Shown here: in pieces, positions 1-7,372 of the stretch
How positions within the stretch are numbered: the stretch's first letter is position 1
Layout: each line of letters begins with the position of its first letter
NCBI GenBank assembly: GCA_965112635.1
Contig: OZ218778.1
Location: 1,796,404-1,828,403 of the forward strand
Source of the DNA: an uncultured bacterium
GTDB lineage: Bacteria > Oederibacteriota > Oederibacteriia > Oederibacteriales > Oederibacteriaceae
DNA: 32,000 bases
Reading direction: 5' to 3'
Made by a program: the position numbers and the translations under genes
The notes under the pieces: generated by a model
Databases searched by the model: none
What the model was told of the DNA's origin: nothing
Seen by the model: the letters and a program-made list of their open reading frames with translations, nothing else

Positions 1-1
1 A

Positions 2-241
2 ATCGACAGTTTGCTCGCAGAGGCCATCAAAAATTGGAATCTGCTTAATGTGGCAGCGGTTGACCGAAATATCATGAGATTAGCCTGTTATGAGTTTTTG
101 TATTGCGATGACATCCCCGCAAAAGTATCCCTAAACGAAGCCATCGAATTGGCCAAGAAATTCAGCTCTCCCCAATCCAGCGGATTTGTTAATGGAATCT
201 TAGATAAGATACAGGCCAAAGTCCCTAAAAAGGCCGTGTGA
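2..241 (+). CDS. nusB: Transcription antitermination factor NusB, C-terminal part (5' end lies outside the window)
   Basis: The frame is open from the window edge. The tail [33 protein letters not shown]...[11 protein letters not shown] matches the conserved NusB C-terminal helices. Confidence 0.85.
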   Translation: MDSLLAEAIKNWNLLNVAAVDRNIMRLACYEFLYCDDIPAKVSLNEAIELAKKFSSPQSSGFVNGILDKIQAKVPKKAV

Positions 242-280
242 TCTATTTATTGCCACAAATGCTGGTCACGGCTAAGTTTA

Positions 281-309
281 TTGACATATTCCTTTTAAAA
301 TGATAGGAT
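281..309 (+). promoter_or_regulatory. Sigma70-like promoter upstream of infC (TTGACA-17 nt-TAGGAT)
   Basis: TTGACA at 281-286, a 17-nt spacer, then TAGGAT at 304-309, located in the nusB-infC spacer. Confidence 0.45.
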
Positions 310-368
310 TTTCCTACTTTTTTCAAGATTTTTGGGAAAGCAAAACAATTTAACGAAGGGAGACCCAT

Positions 369-935
369 ATTTTTAAGGAATTAAGGGCCAATAAGCAGAT
401 CCATGCGCCAAAAGTTTTGGTCATCGACGAAGAAGGTGAAAAGTTGGGGATTATGACCGTTGACGAAGGGATCACGGCAGCAATTGCTAGTGGTCTAGAC
501 CTGGTAGAAGTTGGGCAGGATAAAGATATCCCCACTTGCCGTATCATGAATTATGGGAAGTTCAGATACGAAAGACATAAAAAAGACAAGGACGCCAAGA
601 AAAAGCAGAAAATTGTTTTGATCAAAGAGATCAAATTAAGGCCGAAGATTGACAAACACGACTATGAAACTAAGATGCGCCATATCAGGGAATTCATCGA
701 ATTTGGCCATAAAGTCAGATTGACGATCATGTTTAGAGGAAGGGAAATGGATCATGTTGAGATCGGCGCCAATCTTTTAGAGAGGGCCATCCAGGATCTC
801 AACGGGATCGCGGTATTGGAAAGTAGGTCCTCGATGCAAGATAATAATTTAGCGGTATTACTAGCTCCAAAATTGGTCAAAGAGGAAAAAAATGCCAAAG
901 TTAAAGACCAGCAAGTCAGCAGCGAAAAGGTTTAG
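369..935 (+). CDS. infC: Translation initiation factor IF-3, initiating at ATT
   Basis: The conserved N-terminus NKQIHAPKVLVIDEEGEKLGI is encoded upstream of the track's TTG at 417. The frame opens after TAA at 351-353. It has no ATG/GTG/TTG before 417, but has ATT at 369-371 placed 6 nt after the SD AAGGGAG (356-362). The rest of the protein is typical IF-3 (CRIMNYGKFRYE..., LRPKIDKHDYETK). Confidence 0.9.
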   Translation: MFKELRANKQIHAPKVLVIDEEGEKLGIMTVDEGITAAIASGLDLVEVGQDKDIPTCRIMNYGKFRYERHKKDKDAKKKQKIVLIKEIKLRPKIDKHDYETKMRHIREFIEFGHKVRLTIMFRGREMDHVEIGANLLERAIQDLNGIAVLESRSSMQDNNLAVLLAPKLVKEEKNAKVKDQQVSSEKV

Positions 936-1092
936 CTTTACCGGCTCAGGCAAAATCAAACACAAGAACGCATTTGCGCGTCATAAATTGGAGGCAAAGA
1001 ATATCGCGAGACGGAGGAGGCTGAGAAAGCTGGGATTTGTGCATGAGACCAACGCAAGGGCCATTGCAAGGTTGTTGCCTTACAAAAATTAA
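892..1092 (+). CDS. rpmI: 50S ribosomal protein L35
   Basis: MPKLKTSKSAAKRF...GKIKHKNAF.RH is the L35 signature. SD AGAGGA lies upstream. The start overlaps the infC 3' end by 44 nt. Confidence 0.95.
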   Translation: MPKLKTSKSAAKRFSFTGSGKIKHKNAFARHKLEAKNIARRRRLRKLGFVHETNARAIARLLPYKN

Positions 1093-1125
1093 TTTTTTTA
1101 AAATCTCGTATATCTAGGAGGATAG

Positions 1126-1488
1126 GTGGCAAGGGTAAAAGGCGGAATGACCGCTAGAAAACACAAGAGAAAAGTCTTCAAGCTGGCCAAGGGGAACTGG
1201 GGTGGACGCAAGAACAGGAACCGGATGGCCCAAGAGACAGTACAAAAAGGCCTGGCCTATGCCCATAGGGATCGGCGCCAAAGGAAAAGGGAATTCAGGA
1301 AAATGTGGATCGCGCGGCTTAATGCTGCTGCCAGAATTCACGGTTTGTCCTACAGCCGTTTGATTGACGGCCTGACCAAAGCCAAAGTGGCCATTAACAG
1401 AAAAATGTTGGCCGAGTTGGCGATTCACGACAGCCAGGTTTTCGGCCAGGTCGTTGATGTGGCCAAGAAACAGCTGAGCAAAGCCTAA
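1126..1488 (+). CDS. rplT: 50S ribosomal protein L20 (GTG start)
   Basis: MARVKGG..ARKHKRKVFKLAKG..G......AQETV.KGL.YAHRDRRQRKREFR.MWIARLNAA is canonical L20. GGAGGA lies upstream of the GTG. Confidence 0.95.
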   Translation: MARVKGGMTARKHKRKVFKLAKGNWGGRKNRNRMAQETVQKGLAYAHRDRRQRKREFRKMWIARLNAAARIHGLSYSRLIDGLTKAKVAINRKMLAELAIHDSQVFGQVVDVAKKQLSKA

Positions 1489-1529
1489 ATTGACCTAGAG
1501 TAAAGATCGCAGGGTTACTACTGAAAGAA

Positions 1530-2378
1530 ATGACAAGAAAAGTGAGTGGCGGAAAAATAACACCCATAACCTCCTTCCACAATTCCCGCATCAAATTTAT
1601 CAGGTCCCTTCATGAGACTTCGGTGAGGAAAGGCTCAAAAAAATATTTCGTCGAGGGTTTGAAGCTTTGCCAAGATGCCATTCTATCGGAAGCGGCCATC
1701 GATTTTTGTCTGGTCAATTCCTCCTTTGAGACGACCGCTGAAGGCAAAGACTTTTTATCCCAAGTTGCCAGGAAAAAGATTGAGGTAGCCCAAGTTACGG
1801 ACGATTTATACAAAAAAATCAGCGACCTTGAAAACCCCCAAGGCGTCTTGTGTGTGGCTAACCAACCGGAAGCCTCCTTGGAGACTTTGGCTGGCCACAA
1901 AGGACCGTTGCGCTTTATTTTTGCCGAAAAGGTCCAGGACCCAGGCAATATAGGTGCTATTTTGAGGACCATCGAAGCCTTGGGCGCGAGCGGCCTGGTA
2001 ATTTCCGGTGGCGGGGTGGATGTCTTTCACCCTAAAGTGGTAAGGAGCTCCATGGGGGCCATTTTTAGATGTCCTATTTTTGAGGCAGAAAATCTCAGAG
2101 ATTGGCTGGATCAATCTAAAAAATTTAGAGTTAAGATGCAAGTAGTTGCAGCGGATAGTAGTGCTAAAAAAGAGTTATTTCAGATTAACTTCAGCATTTG
2201 CAGTACTATTGTCATCGGGTCTGAAGGGCAGGGATTGTCTAGAGAATCACTTTCACTTTCTGATGAAATCATAAGGATACCGATGGCAGGTAAAGCAGAG
2301 TCTTTAAATGTCGCTGTGGCCACCGGGATCCTGTTATTTTGTGCCTGCACTAATGTAATGAGACCTAAAAAATATTAA
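1530..2378 (+). CDS. SpoU/TrmH-family RNA 2'-O-methyltransferase (YsgA-like position upstream of pheS)
   Basis: SPOUT motifs are present: VQDPGNIGAILRTIEALGASGLV, IVIGSEGQGLS and IPMAGKAESLNVAVATGILLF. There is also an N-terminal substrate-binding-like region. Confidence 0.85.
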   Translation: MTRKVSGGKITPITSFHNSRIKFIRSLHETSVRKGSKKYFVEGLKLCQDAILSEAAIDFCLVNSSFETTAEGKDFLSQVARKKIEVAQVTDDLYKKISDLENPQGVLCVANQPEASLETLAGHKGPLRFIFAEKVQDPGNIGAILRTIEALGASGLVISGGGVDVFHPKVVRSSMGAIFRCPIFEAENLRDWLDQSKKFRVKMQVVAADSSAKKELFQINFSICSTIVIGSEGQGLSRESLSLSDEIIRIPMAGKAESLNVAVATGILLFCACTNVMRPKKY

Positions 2379-2432
2379 AAACCTTCTTTTCACCTTATTT
2401 TTTCAGCACTTTTTGACCTTTTGCTGCTCACA

Positions 2433-2461
2433 TTGACAGGTCCCAATAGCGGTGCTATAGT
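2433..2461 (+). promoter_or_regulatory. Sigma70-like promoter (TTGACA-17 nt-TATAGT)
   Basis: TTGACA at 2433-2438, a 17-nt spacer, then TATAGT at 2456-2461. Confidence 0.55.
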
Positions 2462-2497
2462 TACGCTACAAAACTTTAGGGAACGAGGTACGAAATT

Positions 2498-2692
2498 ATG
2501 CGGAGGCCAAGCGTGATAGAGCCCGAATTAAAACAAGAGAGTGATTTTATGTGGAAATTATTTGAACAAACGGGTTCTGTTGGTGTTTTTCTGGTTTATA
2601 AGCAGACCCAGAAGAATATTGATACTTTTGAAAAAGCAAAAAAACAAATTCTCAAAATAATGGAGTTCGATTTTAGAGAAACAGAGTTTTAA
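2498..2692 (+). CDS. Small protein, YqzL-like (the core may start at the internal ATG at 2549)
   Basis: MWKLFEQTGSVGVFLVYKQ resembles the W-K-x-F-x-x-T-G-x-V-x-x-Y-L-hydrophobic-x-K core of the YqzL family, recalled from memory. GAGGT lies 9 nt before ATG 2498. An alternative ATG at 2549 would give 47 aa. Confidence 0.45.
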   Translation: MRRPSVIEPELKQESDFMWKLFEQTGSVGVFLVYKQTQKNIDTFEKAKKQILKIMEFDFRETEF

Positions 2693-2720
2693 GCTTATAT
2701 AACTTATGTATTTTCAATTA

Positions 2721-2758
2721 AAAAAGTTTATATCCCCGGGGGTATAAACTTTTTTTAT
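2721..2758 (+). terminator. Rho-independent terminator
   Basis: A 10-bp stem pairs 2726-2735 with 2740-2749, with loop CCGG, followed by a 7-T run (2750-2756). A preceding A-run could make it bidirectional. Confidence 0.75.
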
Positions 2759-2883
2759 TGACTACAGCTCGAATTCCGGCAAGTATATTGTTGATTAAAA
2801 TATTGTAATTAATAAAAAAGCAGTTAGGTGTTGATGAGTTATTCAAAAGCGTTACCAAACTACTTAAAAAAGAAGATAAACTT

Positions 2884-3861
2884 ATGAGAGAGAATATTCA
2901 GAAGCTTGAGGCAGAAGCTGGGGCAGGAATTCAAAAGGCTGTAAGTCTCGAGGAATTGCAAAAGCTACGTGTCCATTATTTAGGTAAAAAAGGTCAAGTC
3001 ACCGAGTTGCTCCATTCCCTTAAAGATCTTTCCATAGAAGAAAAAAAGGAGATTGGTGCTTTAGTCAATGCCCTTAGGGATAAAATTGAAAGTTTTATCG
3101 CTCAAAAGTCTGACCAGCTGGCTTCAAGCGATTCCCAGACCCTTAAGAACAGGGTCGATATCACATTGCCGGCCGCCCTGCCTCCGACGGGGAGGTTGCA
3201 TCCTTTGACCCAGATATTATTGGAGATGCAGGAGTTCTTTGAGGCATTGGGGTTTGAGGTTGCTGAGGGCCCTGAAATCGAGACAGATTACTATAATTTT
3301 GAAGCCCTCAATATTCCTGCCCACCATCCTGCCAGGGATCTCTGGGATACTTTTTACCTTTCGGAAAACCTGTTGCTAAGAACCCATACTTCGCCTGTGC
3401 AAATCCATTTTATGGAAAAGAAAAAACCTCCTTTTCGTTTGATTGTTCCAGGACGTTGTTACCGCAGGGACCAAGTAGACGCCAGCCATTTGCCGATTTT
3501 CCACCAGCTAGAAGGGTTAGTGGTGGACCGGGATATCCAGTTCTCCCACCTTAAGGGGGTTTTGGAGGCTTTTGTGCACCATATGTTCGGGAAACACCGA
3601 GCCGTCCGTTTTTTGCCCAGCTTTTTCCCGTTTACCGAACCAAGTGCTGAAATGGGAGTGGAATGGGAAAGTGGCTGGTTGGAGATCATGGGTTGCGGCA
3701 TGGTCCATCCAAAGGTGTTGAGCCGGATGGGAATAGACCCTGAGCAATGGAGCGGTTTTGCTTTTGGAATGGGGATAGACAGGATTACCATGCTCAAATA
3801 TGGGATCCCTGATATGAGGCTTTTATTCGAGAACCACAAATTGTTTTTAAAACAATTTTAA
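2884..3861 (+). CDS. pheS: Phenylalanine--tRNA ligase alpha subunit
   Basis: Class II aaRS motifs are present (HPARDLWDTFY, LLRTHTSPVQ, GRCYRRD, FGMGIDRITMLKYGI). Length is 325 aa. Confidence 0.95.
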   Translation: MRENIQKLEAEAGAGIQKAVSLEELQKLRVHYLGKKGQVTELLHSLKDLSIEEKKEIGALVNALRDKIESFIAQKSDQLASSDSQTLKNRVDITLPAALPPTGRLHPLTQILLEMQEFFEALGFEVAEGPEIETDYYNFEALNIPAHHPARDLWDTFYLSENLLLRTHTSPVQIHFMEKKKPPFRLIVPGRCYRRDQVDASHLPIFHQLEGLVVDRDIQFSHLKGVLEAFVHHMFGKHRAVRFLPSFFPFTEPSAEMGVEWESGWLEIMGCGMVHPKVLSRMGIDPEQWSGFAFGMGIDRITMLKYGIPDMRLLFENHKLFLKQF

Positions 3862-3871
3862 CGAGGATGTT

Positions 3872-6247
3872 ATGAGAGTTTCCTTTGAGTGGTTAAAAGA
3901 GCTGGTTTCTTTAACCTGCTCTCCCGAGGAGCTGGCAGGCTTGTTTCCCCATCTGGGGCTCGGGGTGGAAAAGGTCATAAAATTGGGCGAAAGTCTGGAC
4001 AAGGTCGTTGTTGGCCAGATCTTGGAGATCAAGCCCCATCCGGGAGCTGACCGTTTGGTGTTATGCCAAGTAAACGTCGGCACTGCCAATAATCTTGCTA
4101 TCGTTTGCGGGGCAAAGAACATGCAAGTCCATGATAAAGTACCCGTCGCCCTGGAGGGTGCGGAACTGCCCGGAGGGATTAAGATTAAGCGTTCCAAGAT
4201 TAGGGGCGAAGAGTCGGAAGGGATGTTATGCTCAGCCAAGGAGTTGGGTTTGAGCGAGGATGCTCAGGGTGTCCTTATCCTCAAGGATGGTAAGCTGGGT
4301 GATGATATAAAGGAGACGCTAGGACTTCATGATGTTATCTTTGATCTGGAAGTGACTCCCAACAGGCCGGATTATCTGGGGGTCGTTGGTATTGCCAGAG
4401 AATTGGCTGCGTTCTTTAAATTACCCCTTAAAATGCCTATATTTTTGGTATCGGAATCGAATAAAAAGGCTTCAGAGGCAGCTCGCGTTATGATCGAGGA
4501 CCCCGACCTTTGCAGACGATATGCTGCCAGGGTGATCAGTAACATTAAGATTGGGCCGTCTCCGGAATGGTTGTGCCGACGCTTGGAAGCCGTTGGACTC
4601 AGAAGCGTTAATAGCGTGGTGGATGTGACCAATCTTGTGCTTTTTGAATGGGGACATCCTCTGCATGCCTTTGATTACAACAAGGTCAAAGACCACCAGA
4701 TCGTGGTGAGGCGTGCTAAAAAGGGTGAAAAGTTATCACTTTTAGATCAGTCCACCAAGGAGTTAAATCCACAGGTTTTAGTCATTGCTGACAGCCAAAA
4801 TCCCTTGGCTCTGGCGGGTATCATGGGAGGGACAGAATCCGCTGTCAGCGACTCTACGGAGCAGATTTTGTTAGAAAGCGCTTATTTTAACCCGGCCACG
4901 ATACGCAAAACCTCAAAGAGCCTCGGGGTAAGTTCAGATTCCTCTTATCGGTTCGAGAGGGGCGCAGACCCGGAGGGCCTTATCGAAGCTCTGGACAGAG
5001 CCGCCAGGTTGATCCAGGAAATTGCAGGAGGAGAAATTTACCAGGGCAGAGTGGATTGTTATCCGCAGAAATTTGCAAGGAAGACCATTAGCCTCCGGGT
5101 AGGCAGAGCCAATGCATTCCTGGGTGTCCAGCTGGCCAGTGAAGAGGCGCAAGATATCTTAAAAAGACTTTCTTATAAAGTCAGCGGTAAGGACCCCTTA
5201 AAAGTTGAGGTTCCAAGCTTCCGCCGAGATATCACCGAAGAGATCGACCTGGTCGAGGATATAGCCCAGCTTTACGGTTATGGCCGCATCCCAACTTCTT
5301 TGCCACGCACTTTTTTGTTAGAGAAGGATCTGAGGAATCCGGTCTATATTGATATTAGGATCAAAAGGCAATTAGCTTCCTATGGTTTGTTTGAGGTCGT
5401 CAGTGGAAGTTTAATATACTCCAAAAGGATAGAATCTCTGGCCGATAGCGGGGAAATTGTGAAGATCAAAAATCCTTTAACAGAAGACCGCGATGCCCTG
5501 CGGCCAAATTTATTGGTCTGCTTATTGGACGACTTGGCCCTCAACGCTCGGCAAGACCAAGCGAACCTGGGAATCTTCGAACTGGGAAAAGTCTTTTCAG
5601 CAGGCCAACCGATTCCCCGTGAAAGAAAGAAAATGGGTATCGCGCTCATGGGATTCCAGGAGAGGGGGGAGGGAGTAGCCTATAAGGATGGAGATTATTT
5701 TACTCTAAAAGGAATGATTGAGAACCTATTGGGTTTCCTCGGCCTCCAAGAGGTAGCCTTTCAAGAGTGCAAGAATCCCTGGTTTCTTCCGGTCTGTTCA
5801 GCGGAAATTGTTGTGAAAGGCAAAAAGATGGGAGTACTTGGAGAAATTCCCCAATCTTTGCTGCGCAAAAATGATATCAAGAAAAGGGTATTCTTTAGTG
5901 AGATAGATTTAGAAGAGATTTATTCTATGGTAAACTTTAACAAGGTTTTCAAGGGCTGGCCTAAATTTCCTTGCGTCAAGCGCGATGTCGCCGTTGTGGT
6001 TCCAAAGGACTTGCCAGCGGCCCGTGTCCTTGATTTAATTAAAACCGAAGGGTCTCCTCTTGTTGAAGAAGTGTCATTGTTTGACGTGTATGAGGGCGCA
6101 TCCATACCTGAGGATAAGAAAAGCCTAGCTTTTGCTATTTCATACCGTTCAAAAGAGCGGACCCTTACGGATGCAGAGGTAAATCAGAAACACGATCTTA
6201 TCGTTAATAAAGTTAAAGAGAAGTTTCAGGCTCAGATTAGGGTCTAG
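3872..6247 (+). CDS. pheT: Phenylalanine--tRNA ligase beta subunit
   Basis: N-terminal MRVSFEWLKELV with a tRNA-binding domain (HPGADRL..C.V), B3/4 and B5 regions, and a C-terminal FDVYEG....K.SLAF.I.YR motif. Length is 791 aa, immediately after pheS. Confidence 0.95.
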   Translation: MRVSFEWLKELVSLTCSPEELAGLFPHLGLGVEKVIKLGESLDKVVVGQILEIKPHPGADRLVLCQVNVGTANNLAIVCGAKNMQVHDKVPVALEGAELPGGIKIKRSKIRGEESEGMLCSAKELGLSEDAQGVLILKDGKLGDDIKETLGLHDVIFDLEVTPNRPDYLGVVGIARELAAFFKLPLKMPIFLVSESNKKASEAARVMIEDPDLCRRYAARVISNIKIGPSPEWLCRRLEAVGLRSVNSVVDVTNLVLFEWGHPLHAFDYNKVKDHQIVVRRAKKGEKLSLLDQSTKELNPQVLVIADSQNPLALAGIMGGTESAVSDSTEQILLESAYFNPATIRKTSKSLGVSSDSSYRFERGADPEGLIEALDRAARLIQEIAGGEIYQGRVDCYPQKFARKTISLRVGRANAFLGVQLASEEAQDILKRLSYKVSGKDPLKVEVPSFRRDITEEIDLVEDIAQLYGYGRIPTSLPRTFLLEKDLRNPVYIDIRIKRQLASYGLFEVVSGSLIYSKRIESLADSGEIVKIKNPLTEDRDALRPNLLVCLLDDLALNARQDQANLGIFELGKVFSAGQPIPRERKKMGIALMGFQERGEGVAYKDGDYFTLKGMIENLLGFLGLQEVAFQECKNPWFLPVCSAEIVVKGKKMGVLGEIPQSLLRKNDIKKRVFFSEIDLEEIYSMVNFNKVFKGWPKFPCVKRDVAVVVPKDLPAARVLDLIKTEGSPLVEEVSLFDVYEGASIPEDKKSLAFAISYRSKERTLTDAEVNQKHDLIVNKVKEKFQAQIRV

Positions 6248-6291
6248 GCATTAGGATGAGGGATCATCTCGTTGAATAGGAGGTTATGGGG

Positions 6292-6621
6292 ATGTGGCAG
6301 AAGTTTGAAGAGCAGCTGCAAGAGCTGTTTGACAAAATTGAACAGTTAAAAAAAGAGAATGACAGCCTAAAAAATGACGCGATGAGAGCCAAGGCTTCCC
6401 TGAACGAGAAAGATCAACTTCTGGAAACAAGCATGACGGAGATAGAGGAGAAGATTAAAATCCTGGAAGAGTCGAACGAGATGCTCAGCAGAGAGAAAGC
6501 AGGTCTGGAAAGAAAAAGTTTGGAAATGGGCAAAAGGCAAGATAGGGCAAAAGAAAAGATTGATGCCTTAATTTCCCACCTCAATGAACTGACCCAAGAA
6601 AGGCGAGAAGAAAATGTCTGA
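6292..6621 (+). CDS. Coiled-coil protein, ZapB-like (track start 6286; ATG 6292 has better SD spacing)
   Basis: Heptad-rich sequence FEEQLQELFDKIEQLKKENDSLKND resembles the ZapB N-terminal pattern. AGGAGG is at 6278-6283. The 3' end overlaps the zapA start by 8 nt. Confidence 0.4.
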   Translation: MWQKFEEQLQELFDKIEQLKKENDSLKNDAMRAKASLNEKDQLLETSMTEIEEKIKILEESNEMLSREKAGLERKSLEMGKRQDRAKEKIDALISHLNELTQERREENV

Positions 6622-7066
6622 ATCCAGGCCTTCCGTACGGGTGAACATTTTTAATAAGGAATATTTGATCAAAGGGGACGCGGACGTCGAATACATAGAA
6701 AGCTTAGCTAGGTATGTGGACGCGAAAATGCGGGAGATCGCCGGGAGCACAACCCTTTCTTCAGAGTTGAAGGTTTCCATTTTGGCGGCTGTGAATATCA
6801 CCGATGAACTCCACCGCCTGAAGAAAGAACATAAGACAGAGATTGAACGGCTGAAAACATCTTATGAAAAACAGAAGGAAACGTTGGCCCTTGAACTGGA
6901 AGAACAAAAGGACCGGCTCATGAAAAGCCTGGAGGAGGGCCATGAGAAAAAGGTGGAAGATCTTGTTGGCCTAAAAGAGAAAGAAAAGAATGAGTTGATG
7001 GAAGGGATTCAGAAGAAGATAGATATCCTGACAAATTTAATCGATGAAAAATTGGATACACTATAA
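6614..7066 (+). CDS. zapA: Cell division protein ZapA with an extended C-terminal coiled coil
   Basis: VRVNIFNKEYLIKGDADVEYIESLARYVDAKMREI......LKVSILAAVNITDEL matches the ZapA core. A position downstream of pheT is as in Bacillus. Confidence 0.8.
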   Translation: MSESRPSVRVNIFNKEYLIKGDADVEYIESLARYVDAKMREIAGSTTLSSELKVSILAAVNITDELHRLKKEHKTEIERLKTSYEKQKETLALELEEQKDRLMKSLEEGHEKKVEDLVGLKEKEKNELMEGIQKKIDILTNLIDEKLDTL

Positions 7067-7130
7067 TTTTGTCTTCTTAAATTTAAGTTTGACGACGCGT
7101 TTTCATTCTAATCAACATTGAGTCGACCGC

Positions 7131-7158
7131 TTGTTTTCATTTGTTCGGGTGCTATAAT
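7131..7158 (+). promoter_or_regulatory. Promoter with extended -10 (TTGTTT-16 nt-TGcTATAAT) driving the intergenic RNA
   Basis: TATAAT at 7153-7158 is preceded by TGc (extended -10). A weak -35 TTGTTT is at 7131-7136. Confidence 0.5.
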
Positions 7159-7164
7159 TTAATC

Positions 7165-7357
7165 ATAAAAATTCCCTGCGGTGTTCGTGATGAAATGACG
7201 AGTTTTGAGCCAACACCTTTTTGGAAGGGACCCGACCTCTAAAAGCAGTGTGCATACCTTGACTCAGGTTGAGGCAGCCTAATGCTTTTTCGGGGGTACC
7301 CACTTATTCATTAAGGTTCAAAAACCAAGTTTCACACGGCACAGGTGGGGAATTTTT
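7165..7357 (+). ncRNA. ssrS: Candidate 6S RNA (ends approximate)
   Basis: The 294-nt zapA-rarA spacer has its own promoter. The 5' AAAAAUUCCCUGCGGUG (7167-) pairs with the 3' CACAGGUGGGGAAUUUUU (-7357) to form a long closing stem ending in a U-run. Internal helices include AAAAGCA/UGCUUUU, and CCUUGAC/GUUGAGG with a UCAG loop. A small GGUU-CAAA-AACC hairpin sits on the 3' side. Size is ~190 nt. The synteny zapA-ssrS-(5-formyl-THF cyclo-ligase) is as in E. coli. Confidence 0.55.
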
Positions 7358-7372
7358 ATTTTGGGGAAAGAC

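Noticed and set aside
2379-2883. A T-box riboswitch upstream of pheS, as in Firmicutes.
   Set aside because: I could not find a T-box consensus (AATTAGGGTGGTACCGCG-like) or a specifier-loop architecture. The region is better explained by a small ORF plus a simple terminator.
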